Shown one piece after another: positions 47,379 to 57,324 of a DNA stretch of 64,000 nucleotides. The first letter of the stretch is position 1. Every line of letters starts with the position of its first letter. The notes under the pieces were generated by a model. The model had not been told where the DNA came from and did not search any database. It saw only the letters and a list, made by a program, of their open reading frames with translations. The stretch lies in the IMG/VR virus record IMGVR_UViG_3300045391_005035. One strand, given 5' to 3'. This DNA comes from a virus. The translations under genes and the position numbers were made by a program.

Positions 47379-48566
47379 CTACCTCTTCGAGGACTTGACC
47401 TGTACCGCAACCGGTACGCCGACGAGCGTCTTGGCGTACTCCTCGACACGGAAGTAGCTCCGACCTTGGTCGTCGATACCGCGCACGATGACCGGGAACT
47501 TCGGGTCGAAGTTGTCGACGATCCAGTGGTACTCGCCCACCTTCGAGGCCCCGATCCTCGTCGACGTCATCGCGCCCTTCAGCGACGCGTTCTTGAACTG
47601 GACGATCGCCTCGCCCTTCTTCGGCCCGTAGCCGTACTTGTAGAGCCCTGGAGGCAGGCGCTTGAACTTCGCCGCTACACCGGGCGGCAGCATGTCCGCC
47701 ATCGTTGTCGGATGACCCTCTTGACGAACGAGCGCGATCGAGTTCCAGACGTCCATCTCGCTCAGCTTGTTGGTCGAGAGATGACGCCCGTTTCGACGAA
47801 TCGGCTCCGAGTGCCACGGCGTGATGTGCGCCTGCCTCAGAGCTGCACCGAGGCTGCGGATCTCGCTACGCTGCGATGGCGTCGCGAAGTCGGCGAGCGC
47901 CTCGATGTGTGCGAACGCGTCCTGTGCGCGCCACGAGTCGCCAGCGCGGAGAGACGACCATGCCTGGGTCAGCTCGCGCTCCAGCTCGTGCTCCAACATG
48001 TCGAGCCGTTCTCCGCCACGGTTCGACTGGAGACGAACACGATCACGCGGTTCGAGCGACAGGTGCGAGTGGCCTCGGCCGTCGATGACGTAGGCGCTTC
48101 TCATCGACGGATCGCCGAGCCACCGAGCCATCGCCGTCTCGCGCATCGCGCCGACTGGACCTGCCCCGAACGCATGACGGTGCCCAGCGCTGTCCACGCC
48201 GATCGCGCGGTACAGCGGAGGCGGGTTGCGTGAAATGCGGCGACCGTTCTTCCTCGGCGGCAAGCCCTTCAACTCGCGCCAGATCGGCTCGTACTTCTTC
48301 GTCGGCGAGATGATCACGGCGAACGATGCTTCGCCGGCGCGGCTGCGCGATGGCACTTCGCGGACCTTCGCGGTGAAGGTGTCTCGGTACGCCGTTCGGA
48401 GCATCGTGGCCTGCTTCTCGGCCTGCTCGCGCGTCTTGAACCGTGATTCCTCGTGCTCCAGCACTTCGCGCGGCGCGGAGCGCTTCGAGCGGAACATCCC
48501 GAAAGCGTTGCGCGAGACGCGGCGAGCGTTGCGGCTGGTCCTGCGACGTGACGTGCGCTTCACCAT
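47379..48566 (-). CDS. RTSR-tagged multi-module protein
   Basis: modules separated by VSRN, ISRN, LQSN, IRRN, LSTN. Confidence 0.65.
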   Translation of the reverse strand: MVKRTSRRRTSRNARRVSRNAFGMFRSKRSAPREVLEHEESRFKTREQAEKQATMLRTAYRDTFTAKVREVPSRSRAGEASFAVIISPTKKYEPIWRELKGLPPRKNGRRISRNPPPLYRAIGVDSAGHRHAFGAGPVGAMRETAMARWLGDPSMRSAYVIDGRGHSHLSLEPRDRVRLQSNRGGERLDMLEHELERELTQAWSSLRAGDSWRAQDAFAHIEALADFATPSQRSEIRSLGAALRQAHITPWHSEPIRRNGRHLSTNKLSEMDVWNSIALVRQEGHPTTMADMLPPGVAAKFKRLPPGLYKYGYGPKKGEAIVQFKNASLKGAMTSTRIGASKVGEYHWIVDNFDPKFPVIVRGIDDQGRSYFRVEEYAKTLVGVPVAVQVKSSKR

Positions 48567-49042
48567 AAAAACCAACCCTTCTTCTTCGGAGCTGCGGCAT
48601 GGGCACGCGCCGCCTCTTGGACGCCAGCGTTGCGTGCTGCGGTGATCAGGCGCTCGATGCCGTCCTGCGCGCTGTTGATTAGCTCACCACTCCGGAAGCA
48701 TTGCTCCGAGTTCGTGTCTTCGCAGTTCAGTTCGAACGCCACTTCAGCGAGCATCGCGGCGCGGACGAATGTGTGCGCGGCTGCCTGAAAGTCGTAGGTT
48801 GTCCAGGCGCGTTCCGCTGCCGCCTCGGCCTTGCGGATCATCGCCGCGGCCTCGTCGAGCATGGTCTCCAGATCGTCGCGCAGAAGATGCCTGGCCTCGT
48901 CCTCCCGTTGCCGGAAGTCGCCGAGATGATGCTCATGCATCTCCGGGATCGTCGAGTTGCGGACGGGCTCGTGCACGCGCCTGCTCGTGCGATTCTTCGC
49001 GCTACGCGGAGCGCGACTGGTCCTTCGCGCCGCGCGAGCCAT
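48560..49042 (-). CDS. RTSR-tagged helical protein
   Basis: MARAARRTSRAPRSAKNRTSRRVHEPVRN. Confidence 0.65.
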   Translation of the reverse strand: MARAARRTSRAPRSAKNRTSRRVHEPVRNSTIPEMHEHHLGDFRQREDEARHLLRDDLETMLDEAAAMIRKAEAAAERAWTTYDFQAAAHTFVRAAMLAEVAFELNCEDTNSEQCFRSGELINSAQDGIERLITAARNAGVQEAARAHAAAPKKKGWFLW

Positions 49043-49045
49043 GGC

Positions 49046-49522
49046 TCACGCAGCCGAGCGGTAACGCGACTTGCGCGAACGCTTGTTGCGGCGGACGTGG
49101 CGACGATTCGCCTTCACCGGACCCTTCACGTTCCAGCTCATGTAGGCGATGCCGCCGAGCACCGCGACGCCCACGCCGATCATCACCGGCCAGTACCAGT
49201 CCGGACTCGCGGAGACCGGCGGTGCGGTGGCGGTAGCCGGATCGATGGCCGGAGTCGTCGTGGCCGGAGTCGTCGTGGTCTGCTGACCCGTCGCTGCGCC
49301 GACGATGCTGCTGATGAGCGAGCCACCTGTCGTGAGCGCTGTCGACCAATCGGACGCGGTGTGATCCGCCGTCGTCGTCGTTGTCTTGGTCTGCCCGAGC
49401 CCGAAGAGCCCGTTCGCTCGGTACGGACCCTTGCCCCATCCGAAGAGGCCATGCGCCTCGTAGGGGTTGCCGAGTCCAGCTGCCGCGAAGATTCCGCGGT
49501 TGACGCGATTCGTGTAGCTCAT
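49046..49522 (-). CDS. putative virion membrane protein
   Basis: MSY, GLG x2, TM, VKAN/VRRN basic tail. Confidence 0.7.
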   Translation of the reverse strand: MSYTNRVNRGIFAAAGLGNPYEAHGLFGWGKGPYRANGLFGLGQTKTTTTTADHTASDWSTALTTGGSLISSIVGAATGQQTTTTPATTTPAIDPATATAPPVSASPDWYWPVMIGVGVAVLGGIAYMSWNVKGPVKANRRHVRRNKRSRKSRYRSAA

Positions 49523-49848
49523 CACTTCCTCTTCTTTCGGCTCTTCAGCCACCACATGACACCGGCTCCGACGAGCCCCACGCCGACCACGCCCGCGACC
49601 CCGACACCGACCACCGCGGTCTCCGTCTGCCCGAGGCCGTAAGGTGCAACGCACCCGCGGTACCGCAAACAGGGGAGCACGAGCGACGGCGGCTGGCTCC
49701 AGCACTCGGAGCACGGGCTGTAGGCGACGTAGTCGATGAAGCCGGGGCCATACCATCCGCCACGCCAGCCACGACGCACCCAGCCGTGGCCGCCGCGACG
49801 AAAGCCGCCGCGGTGGCCCGCGCCATGATGACCCCCGCCGCCACTCAC
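49522..49848 (-). CDS. putative virion membrane protein
   Basis: Gly/Arg-rich, 4 Cys, YGLGQ, TM, KSRKKRK. Confidence 0.6.
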   Translation of the reverse strand: MSGGGGHHGAGHRGGFRRGGHGWVRRGWRGGWYGPGFIDYVAYSPCSECWSQPPSLVLPCLRYRGCVAPYGLGQTETAVVGVGVAGVVGVGLVGAGVMWWLKSRKKRK

Positions 49849-50429
49849 CTGCGCCTCCGCCTGCGCCGACCGTTGTTGTTCAAGATCTTGCTGACCGTGC
49901 GGATCTTCGCCCACTGCGCGAGCACGTATCCCGTGACGCCGAGGCCGAGAATGCCGACGCCGGCCCACATGAGGCCGCGATCGCCCATGCGAGAAAACCA
50001 ATCCCCCCACGACACGTACGAGTGCGTCGAAAGGGTTGGCGCCCCGATGAGAGAACGGTATCGGACCTCGAATCCGTTGTACTCGTTCGCGAAGTTGTGC
50101 AGCGACGATGCCAGACTTCCGCTCGCATACTGACCATCCGCACGGACAGTCGACGACAGCCATTCGCGAAGTCCGGAGGCCGATGCGTCTCCGCTCGCGA
50201 CCTGAAGCTGTCGGAAGAACGGCTGCCAGCGCTGCGTGTACCAGACGAGCCACTCGTTGTAGAGGCGTGCCTTGTCGGGGCCGCCACCGAGCAGCGCGCC
50301 CGCATGGGACGTGATGTCGGTGTTCAGCGCCTGCGCCGCGGTATTGATCTGCTGCCCCGCCCCGGTCATGTCACCCGGCGTGTACAGAGACTCCGCGACC
50401 GTCACCTCTCCGAGGGCTCGGTAGCTCAT
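49845..50429 (-). CDS. putative virion membrane protein
   Basis: MSYRALG, TM, LNNNGRRRRRRR. Confidence 0.7.
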   Translation of the reverse strand: MSYRALGEVTVAESLYTPGDMTGAGQQINTAAQALNTDITSHAGALLGGGPDKARLYNEWLVWYTQRWQPFFRQLQVASGDASASGLREWLSSTVRADGQYASGSLASSLHNFANEYNGFEVRYRSLIGAPTLSTHSYVSWGDWFSRMGDRGLMWAGVGILGLGVTGYVLAQWAKIRTVSKILNNNGRRRRRRR

Positions 50430-51004
50430 CGCGCTCCCCGACGGCGACGGTTCCGAAGAAGCCGACGCCGATTCGACGCCATCTTCTTGCGGCGCATCAT
50501 CACGACGCCCGCCACGACGACGACCGAGCTGACGACAGCGACCGGCACGAGCCACGCGCTCGGGCTGCTGTCGGCTGGCGCGAGGGTCGGATCGAGCGCA
50601 GGCGGGACCGGCGTCGAGACGTACGACGTGCCGCTTGTGATCGCGGACGGAGATGGCGGCAACGGCAGGTTCGTCCGGCCGGTCACCGTCGCGAGCGCCG
50701 ACCGCGTGTTCGTGCCGTAGATCCCGTCCACCGCCAGGCCGTGGCCGTAGGCGAGCTGGAACGTGCGCACCGCGGGGATCGGCAGGCGGTTCTGTACCGC
50801 CGTCGGGTTCGCGATCACGGCGGAGATGGCCGCGTTCGCGGTCACCGTCGGATCGGTCTCCGCCAGCGTGAACGTCATGTCCGGCGCCGTCGGCGCCGCG
50901 GCGCCAAGCCCGAGCAGGCCGAACAGACCCGTCGTGCGGCGACGCTTGCCGCCGAAGCTCGCGCCTCGGTAGAACGGAGTCGATCCCAATCCTGCGTAGC
51001 TCAT
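50426..51004 (-). CDS. membrane protein with peptidoglycan-binding domain
   Basis: VRTFQLAYGHGLAVDGIYGTNTRSAL; MSYAGLG; TM; MASNRRR. Confidence 0.75.
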   Translation of the reverse strand: MSYAGLGSTPFYRGASFGGKRRRTTGLFGLLGLGAAAPTAPDMTFTLAETDPTVTANAAISAVIANPTAVQNRLPIPAVRTFQLAYGHGLAVDGIYGTNTRSALATVTGRTNLPLPPSPSAITSGTSYVSTPVPPALDPTLAPADSSPSAWLVPVAVVSSVVVVAGVVMMRRKKMASNRRRLLRNRRRRGAR

Positions 51005-51040
51005 GTTCTTCCTCAACCCTCGCGGCTCATGCCGCTGTGA

Positions 51041-51682
51041 TCAGACCTTCTGTCCCTCGTCGCGCAAGGCGTCGATGTAGTCCTCCCACGCCTTGCCCTT
51101 CTTGCCGCCGCCCGGATAGAAGCCGACGACGCCGCCCTCGTGCTCGACAGCAGAGAGACCCTCGCGCTTCGCGAGCTTGTCCAGCTCCTTGATCGGAGGC
51201 TTCACGCCCTTGCAGTGGATCGTGACGAGCGGCGAAACCTGCTTGAGCTTCTTCGCTGCGTCGTCGGCGTCCGTATAGATCGTCGTCTTGTCCCCGACGC
51301 CGTTCTTCTGAAGGCTCACTCGAAGCCGATCGCCGAACGCCGACCGACTCGGTGACCACCCGGCAGGCAGCGCCGGCAGCGAGGAGCCGCCCTCGGAGTC
51401 GCCTGGATTCTTCGCGACGGCGTCCTTGTTCTTCGTGAAGAAGTAGTAGGCGAGGCCGGCGCCGACGGCACCCAGGCCCCATCCCCAGACCGGAACGCCG
51501 GCCAGACGGCGCTGAAGCAGCGACTCCGGCGCCGTCTGCGTCGGAATCTGCGCGAGCGAATGCGCCTGCTGCTGCGCGATCGACAGCGGAAAGAGCTGCA
51601 TCTGCATCGACGGCGGCGCGTGTCCCGGATGCTGCTCCATGTACTCGGCCTCGATCTGGTCGTACTCGTCCATGTGCCCCAC
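51041..51682 (-). CDS. single-TM protein
   Basis: VPVWGWGLGAVGAGLAYYFF TM, VAKNP. Confidence 0.65.
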   Translation of the reverse strand: MGHMDEYDQIEAEYMEQHPGHAPPSMQMQLFPLSIAQQQAHSLAQIPTQTAPESLLQRRLAGVPVWGWGLGAVGAGLAYYFFTKNKDAVAKNPGDSEGGSSLPALPAGWSPSRSAFGDRLRVSLQKNGVGDKTTIYTDADDAAKKLKQVSPLVTIHCKGVKPPIKELDKLAKREGLSAVEHEGGVVGFYPGGGKKGKAWEDYIDALRDEGQKV

Positions 51683-51693
51683 GTTCCTTCTCT

Positions 51694-52074
51694 TCAGCGA
51701 CTGTGCCGGCGCGAGCGACGCCGACGCTTGCCACCACGGTTGGCCGTCACGGTACCACTACGACGACCGCCTCTCATCATGAGAACGGCGACCAGGCCGA
51801 CGACGGCGACGCCGCCGACGACGTAGAGCACCGTGTTGTTGTTCGACGCGGGGGCCGTGTACGCGCTGGGCGGCGGCATGTACGCCGCGCCACCGCTCTT
51901 GTCCGGCGCTGGCGGCATGTACGCCGCGCCACCGCTCTTCGCTCCCGTGGTGGCGCCGCCGGTCGTGGCGAGCGTCGAGATCAGCTCGTCGGACGCCGCG
52001 TCCGGAAGCGGAGCTGTCGCCGTCGTCGTCTGGCCGAGGCCGTCGAAGAGGTTGCCACCGAAGATCCCAGCCAT
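51694..52074 (-). CDS. putative virion membrane protein
   Basis: LFDGLGQ, KSGGAAYMPP x2, TM, VTAN basic tail. Confidence 0.7.
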   Translation of the reverse strand: MAGIFGGNLFDGLGQTTTATAPLPDAASDELISTLATTGGATTGAKSGGAAYMPPAPDKSGGAAYMPPPSAYTAPASNNNTVLYVVGGVAVVGLVAVLMMRGGRRSGTVTANRGGKRRRRSRRHSR

Positions 52075-52076
52075 GA

Positions 52077-53054
52077 TCACGCCTTCTTCCTGCGCCGCTT
52101 GTTCGCGGTCACCTTGTGCGACGAACGAAATGCGATCGCGGCGATTCCCACGCCGGCCGCACCGACCACCCACCACTTCAGATCCACACCCATCGGCCTG
52201 ATGGCCCAGCGCGATGGCGACGACGACGGTCCCGTCGTCAGCACCGGCGCGATCGTCACCGGACCGACTGGCGTAAAGTCCGGCGCCGTGGAGTCGCTCG
52301 GCGGCGCCGCGTTCGGCACACAGAGTCCGCTCGCATCACGGAAGTACCCGTCCGTGCACTGGACCTGTGCATCCGGCTGCGTCGACAGGGACTCCGCCGC
52401 CTGAGCCGCCGCCTGAGCCGCCGCCGCCTCGCTCGCCGCTTGATTCGCGACTGCCTGAGCCTGCTGCGCCGAAGCGACCTGCACGGGCGTCTGAGCCTGC
52501 TGCGCTTGCGCTGTCGCCGTCGTCTGCGCGGCGTTCGCGACAGCCACCTTCTGCGCCGCGAACGTTCGTGCAGCGAGCAGTCCGCCCGGACGCAGCGGAG
52601 ACGTCGCGAGCGTTGGCGTTGGCGCGTGTCCGGCGTACTTGCCGGCGGCGATGTCAGCGAGCAGCTTCTCGATGCTCACACCGACGAGGACTGGCGGCGT
52701 GGGGTTCACCGCGTTCCTGTAGCCACCGACGACGATGCTCTGCGTCACGAACTGCTTGAGGTTCGGAGACAGCGTGTTCAGCGCGGCGGCTACTGCCGCA
52801 GGATCGATCTTGCCGAACGCGTTGGGCTTCGCCCGCGACAGCAGGGCGCCGGCGAGGAAGAGCGGAGCCATCGAACGGTTGTTGTTGCTGGTCGCATACA
52901 GCTTCGACATCCAGCTGCCGAGCGCTGCGATCATCGCCGCGTTGACACCGACGTCGACCATCGGCGCCGTGGGCGCACGATTGACTGGACCCGGCGTCGC
53001 CGGCGCGAAGCCGGTCCGCAGCAAGGTCGCCTGACCCAGGCCTTCGTAGCTCAT
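52077..53054 (-). CDS. putative virion membrane protein
   Basis: MSYEGLGQ, A/Q stalk, C..GY....G.C, TM, VTANKRRRKKA. Confidence 0.7.
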   Translation of the reverse strand: MSYEGLGQATLLRTGFAPATPGPVNRAPTAPMVDVGVNAAMIAALGSWMSKLYATSNNNRSMAPLFLAGALLSRAKPNAFGKIDPAAVAAALNTLSPNLKQFVTQSIVVGGYRNAVNPTPPVLVGVSIEKLLADIAAGKYAGHAPTPTLATSPLRPGGLLAARTFAAQKVAVANAAQTTATAQAQQAQTPVQVASAQQAQAVANQAASEAAAAQAAAQAAESLSTQPDAQVQCTDGYFRDASGLCVPNAAPPSDSTAPDFTPVGPVTIAPVLTTGPSSSPSRWAIRPMGVDLKWWVVGAAGVGIAAIAFRSSHKVTANKRRRKKA

Positions 53055-53419
53055 CGACGACTCCGCCTGTGACGACGACGACCGTTCGGCGTGACCGAGC
53101 TGCGGCCGCGGAAGTAGTAGTAACCGCCGGCGATCGCCGCGAGCGCCCACCAGCGCAGCGCGATACCGAACGGCGCCGCCGGCAGCGAGAACGACATCGG
53201 CGTCTTGCTCTTGTCATCCGTGTTCATCGGCGCGAGCGGAACGAGCGGCGTCGGCTCCGGTGCCGGCATGAACGGCGGCGGCGACGGCGGCGGAGCTGGC
53301 ATCGGGATCAGGTCCGACGGCCCAGGCTCCGTGGTGAACACGGCTGGATCCGTCGTCATGGGCGTCGCGGGAGCGATGTCGGTCCCGAGACCCGTGAGCG
53401 AATAGTGTCTGTAGGCCAT
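53051..53419 (-). CDS. Pro-rich putative virion membrane protein
   Basis: LTGLG, TM, VTPNGRRR. Confidence 0.7.
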   Translation of the reverse strand: MAYRHYSLTGLGTDIAPATPMTTDPAVFTTEPGPSDLIPMPAPPPSPPPFMPAPEPTPLVPLAPMNTDDKSKTPMSFSLPAAPFGIALRWWALAAIAGGYYYFRGRSSVTPNGRRRHRRSRR

Positions 53420-53430
53420 GGCCGTTCCTC

Positions 53431-53730
53431 TCAGCGCTTGCGCTTCTTCCGACCGTTGCGAGTCATCGCGCGCGACCGCATCACGAACCACGCCGTGAGC
53501 CCGAGCCCGACGAGCGAGTACAGCTCCATCCGGAGTGGCCGAGCGTCCGCCGAGGTCAGATCGGAAACGATCTGTCCGAGCGGATGCATGCCCTCACGTG
53601 GCGGATGCGTCTGCCACACGTACTTGCTCGGCACGCGACGTCGCTGCGGCTGCGACAGGTCCGCGTAGACCCATGGGTTCGTGACAGCCCACGGCGCGTA
53701 GCCGAGGTGTCGCTTGACGGCGTACGTCAT
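53431..53730 (-). CDS. putative virion membrane protein
   Basis: PLGQ, TM, MTRNGRKKRKR. Confidence 0.65.
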   Translation of the reverse strand: MTYAVKRHLGYAPWAVTNPWVYADLSQPQRRRVPSKYVWQTHPPREGMHPLGQIVSDLTSADARPLRMELYSLVGLGLTAWFVMRSRAMTRNGRKKRKR

Positions 53731-53734
53731 CGAG

Positions 53735-53992
53735 TCACTCCTCGTTCTTCTTCAGCTTCGCCTGCATCGGACGCCACCAGGCGAAGTAGGCCCACGCGGC
53801 TCCGACGACCGCCGCGCCAGCCCCGAAGCAGACGAGCGGTCGTCGGTAGAACGGCACGGCCTCCACCTGGCCGAGAGGCGGGAGCCCATAGAGCGGATAC
53901 GCTGGCATGCCCTCGGTGGGCACCGCACCTCCGCTCATCTCGGACGCCTGCTGCTCGTACTGCTGCGGCTGGACGTACTGATCGAAACGCAT
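53735..53992 (-). CDS. small membrane protein
   Basis: PLGQ, TM, LKKN; GGAGGAG RBS. Confidence 0.65.
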   Translation of the reverse strand: MRFDQYVQPQQYEQQASEMSGGAVPTEGMPAYPLYGLPPLGQVEAVPFYRRPLVCFGAGAAVVGAAWAYFAWWRPMQAKLKKNEE

Positions 53993-54019
53993 GGGCTCCT
54001 CCTCCGTCAGCGAGAAGGA

Positions 54020-54427
54020 TCAGCGGCTGTGGCGCCGACGCGAGTGGCGGCGGTTCTTGCTCACGCGACGACGGCTGCGACGACGACCGTTCTTGCTCAC
54101 GCGACGACGGCTGCGACGACGACCGTTCTTGCTCACGCGCTTCTTCGAGTGGCGCTTGCCCTTCGACGTGCGCTTCTTCGAGTGGCGCTTGCGCGACGTG
54201 CGCTTCTTCGACACGCGACCCACCGAGAACATCTTGCTGCCACGCTTGATGCTCACGTGCTTGCTGCCGCGCTTGATGAGACCACGCGCCTTGCGACGCG
54301 CTGCACCGAGCTTCGACGAGCGCGCGACCACGCGGTGCGTCTTGCCGCTCAGGATCGCGAACAGCTTGCTGTCGAGCTTGCTGCGCGAGTGCTTCTTCCG
54401 GCTCTTCCGCTTCGTTCCCATGATCAC
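54020..54427 (-). CDS. protamine-like DNA-condensing protein
   Basis: extremely K/R/S-rich; KKRTS, VSKNGRRRSRRR repeats. Confidence 0.75.
   Translation of the reverse strand: MIMGTKRKSRKKHSRSKLDSKLFAILSGKTHRVVARSSKLGAARRKARGLIKRGSKHVSIKRGSKMFSVGRVSKKRTSRKRHSKKRTSKGKRHSKKRVSKNGRRRSRRRVSKNGRRRSRRRVSKNRRHSRRRHSR
54053..54139. repeat. 36-bp coding tandem repeat (~2.4 copies)
   Basis: GTTCTTGCTCACGCGACGACGGCTGCGACGACGACC at 54053, 54089, partial 54125. Confidence 0.85.
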
Positions 54428-55833
54428 TTCACTCCCATGTTGCGCGCGAACTTTCGCGCGTGCCTCTTCACGTTTCGCTGCACCGATCTGCCCTGCTTAG
54501 TCTGCGTGAGGAAGTAGTACCCCACACCTACGGCCGCAGCGCCGAGTAGAAGATTCCGACCCATGCTGGCCGTCGGCGCCGCTTCTGGCGTCGCGACCTG
54601 TCCCATGCCCAGCGCCGCCGGGCTACTGACGAGCGCCGCGACGTCGGCCTGCGCCGCGTTCTTGTTGCCGGCGATCGGCGCAACATGTGCGACGACTGCC
54701 TGCTGAAGCACGCCAGAGTTCGCGCGCAGCTTCTCGCCCATCTTGTCGATGCGCGGCAGACCCGAGCGGCCCTTCGCGCGATCGGCCATGTCCTTCATGG
54801 TCGCGTGCATCACGCAGTGTGCGAGCGTGTCTTCGAGCGCAGTGTCTGGACGATAGCCCATCGCGACGAGGCGCTCGGATACCTGGCGGCACTTCGCCGC
54901 CTGTCCCGCGCCGAGCGCTTCTGTCGCCTGCGTGAGGAACGACGAGCGTACCGTCGGGTTCGAGATCATGCGGGCCTCGTCGACGACGGCCTTGGCCGCC
55001 GCACGTCCGAACGCCTCGATGTGCGAACGCGGCCCGGTTCTCTCTGGGCGCATGCTCGGCATCTGCTGATCGACGAATGGAGACGACGTCGGCTTGAGGT
55101 CTCGCACGTTGCGCGCGAACGTGACGCCGCCGCCGGATGGCTGCACGACACGCCAGTTGTTCGCGACCGAGTCCCACATCTGCGACTGCTGCACGTCCAG
55201 CTCGCCCTCCTGGGCGATGTACGCGGGCAGCGCGTAGTCGTTGGCGAAGGATCCGTCGCGCGGATTCCACACGACGCCCTCTTCCATGTCGAAGATGCCG
55301 GTGCCGATCACGTTCTGCGGATCATCGTCGTACTCGAACGAGCCGCGGTCGTAGATCGTCGCCGGATCGACGCCAGCGTTCGACGGCATGCGGTTCCGCT
55401 GCGGATGACGCGACGCCGGACGCACCGGCTGCGGCGAGCCGCTGACTCGGATGGCGATCTCCTGCGCTGGCGACGCGCCCGATGCGGGGTCGTCTCCAGA
55501 GAGATCCGTGCGCATCGAGGCGGGGCGGTAGCCGCCGCCTCCTCCGACCTTCCACGGATACGAGCCGTACTCCGTCTCGGACATCCCAGGATCGTCCTCG
55601 GTCGAGTCCGTCAGGTCGAACTCCGACATGCCGTCCACGTCCGATGCCGGGCCCGCGCCAGATCCCGGCGTCGACGGCGTGTCCTCCTGAAGCTCGTCGT
55701 CGAGGAACGACGAGTCGGGATCGCCGGGCAGACGCTGGTAGTCCTGCACGTCGAGATTCGCGTTTCCACGCATCGTCGGCATGTCCAGATCGCCTGCACC
55801 GTCATCGAGATCGAAGTCGAAATCGCTCATCAC
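54424..55833 (-). CDS. acidic N-terminus, C-terminal TM protein
   Basis: D/E-rich start, ALGMGQ, TM, VQRN basic tail. Confidence 0.7.
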   Translation of the reverse strand: MMSDFDFDLDDGAGDLDMPTMRGNANLDVQDYQRLPGDPDSSFLDDELQEDTPSTPGSGAGPASDVDGMSEFDLTDSTEDDPGMSETEYGSYPWKVGGGGGYRPASMRTDLSGDDPASGASPAQEIAIRVSGSPQPVRPASRHPQRNRMPSNAGVDPATIYDRGSFEYDDDPQNVIGTGIFDMEEGVVWNPRDGSFANDYALPAYIAQEGELDVQQSQMWDSVANNWRVVQPSGGGVTFARNVRDLKPTSSPFVDQQMPSMRPERTGPRSHIEAFGRAAAKAVVDEARMISNPTVRSSFLTQATEALGAGQAAKCRQVSERLVAMGYRPDTALEDTLAHCVMHATMKDMADRAKGRSGLPRIDKMGEKLRANSGVLQQAVVAHVAPIAGNKNAAQADVAALVSSPAALGMGQVATPEAAPTASMGRNLLLGAAAVGVGYYFLTQTKQGRSVQRNVKRHARKFARNMGVK

Positions 55834-55858
55834 GTTCTCCGTCCGCGCCCCACGCGCG

Positions 55859-56575
55859 TCAGTCGAGTACCATCCACGCAGCGCCGAGCACCGTCAGCAG
55901 GATAGCGCCGCCGACAGCCACCGTCTGAAACCGATGCTTCCGCGATGCCGCCTCGGCGGCCGCCTGCTGACTCGCGGCCACTTGCTGTGCCGCGGCGAGC
56001 TGCGCCTGTGCTCGCGCCGCCGCCGTCGCAGCATCGCGCGCTTCCTTACCACAGTCGAGCACCTGACCGGCAACGGTGCTGCCGATGCTCGTGACGAGGC
56101 CGACGATCTGCCCGTACACCGGAACGACCTGCGCCACGCCGCCGACCATGTTGGCTCCGGATGCGATCATGCATCCAGTCGCGCGATCGTCCGCGCCGCT
56201 ACCGAGACCCACGTCGACCAACGAATCCCACCCGCTGCGCGTCGCAATGTTGTGCCTGATGTTTTCGAGGCTTCGATCGAGGCGCGTGTTCGCAATCGCA
56301 AGGCGCAGAGCATCGAACGCAACCTGATCGGGATTCGCGCCGGACACCAGGCCCTTCTTCATCTCCATGAGCACAGGCGCCGATGGCACTTCCAGCTCAT
56401 CGAGCGACGATTCCATCACCTGTAGCCGACGCTCGCTAGGCACCTTCGCCATCGCGAGCATGATCGACGACGCATCCAACGACGCCTTGGCCAGCACCGG
56501 ATCGCTGAACGCGCGCTTCCCCACGCCAACGGGCGTGACGTCGCCGAGCGCTCGCGATGCCGACGCGTAGCTCAT
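55859..56575 (-). CDS. putative virion membrane protein (paralog of 56572-57324)
   Basis: MSYASASRALG; AS..ML.MA.VP...RL; DQ..FDA.R.AIA; GLG; C...C; TM. Confidence 0.7.
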   Translation of the reverse strand: MSYASASRALGDVTPVGVGKRAFSDPVLAKASLDASSIMLAMAKVPSERRLQVMESSLDELEVPSAPVLMEMKKGLVSGANPDQVAFDALRLAIANTRLDRSLENIRHNIATRSGWDSLVDVGLGSGADDRATGCMIASGANMVGGVAQVVPVYGQIVGLVTSIGSTVAGQVLDCGKEARDAATAAARAQAQLAAAQQVAASQQAAAEAASRKHRFQTVAVGGAILLTVLGAAWMVLD

Positions 56576-57324
56576 GCCGCCTTCTTCAACATGGCGTAAC
56601 CGATGCCGAGGGCGGCGATCGCGCCTCCGCCGACCAGCACGTAGCGCATGAACCGTGCGTCCGCGGCCTGCTGCATCGCGAGCGCCTGAACGGTGCCCTG
56701 CTGTGCCAGGCGCGCCTGATCGAGCGCCTGCTGTCCGCGGATCACGAGCTGCCCAGCGCCGCAGCCAGCGATCTGGCCAGCCGTCTGGGTACTCGACGTG
56801 AGCGCTCCGGTGCCAGATCCGGTACCGGTCTGATCGAGCACGCCGCCGATCATGCCGACGGTACCCGCGACGTACGAGCAGAAGATCGCGTTCGCGTCGT
56901 TGATGTTCTGACTGGTGCGGCCCTGAGCCTCGGCGATTGTCTGCCCCAGCCCGGAACCGGCCGGTCGCTGCGCCAACGTCTGCTGCACGAAGTGGTCGGC
57001 GATCGCGGCGCGGATTGCGTCGAACATCGCCTGGTCCACCTTGTTCGCCGGCGCAGTCGCCACCCGTCGAGCGAAGTCGGCGCGGGCAGAATCTCCGAGT
57101 CCACGCTGCACCGCATTGAGGGTGCGCACCATCTCGGCGAGGCGCTGACTGCGCGGCACCGACGCCATCTTCAACATGACGTTGGACGCGAGTAGCGATG
57201 CGGTCGACAGAATGGGGCTCGACTGAGCCATGGTGCCCAGCTCGATCGGAGCCTGATCCGGCACGACGGACGCACCGAGTCCCATGAGCCCACGTGCAGC
57301 ACGGCTGCGCCCTGCGTACGTCAT
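56572..57324 (-). CDS. putative virion membrane protein (paralog of 55859-56575)
   Basis: LMGLG, GSGLGQ, same internal motifs, TM, KKAA. Confidence 0.7.
   Translation of the reverse strand: MTYAGRSRAARGLMGLGASVVPDQAPIELGTMAQSSPILSTASLLASNVMLKMASVPRSQRLAEMVRTLNAVQRGLGDSARADFARRVATAPANKVDQAMFDAIRAAIADHFVQQTLAQRPAGSGLGQTIAEAQGRTSQNINDANAIFCSYVAGTVGMIGGVLDQTGTGSGTGALTSSTQTAGQIAGCGAGQLVIRGQQALDQARLAQQGTVQALAMQQAADARFMRYVLVGGGAIAALGIGYAMLKKAA

Noticed and set aside
54053-54139. CRISPR array from 36-bp repeats
   Set aside because: Repeats are contiguous with no spacers and in frame within a protamine-like ORF; no cas genes.
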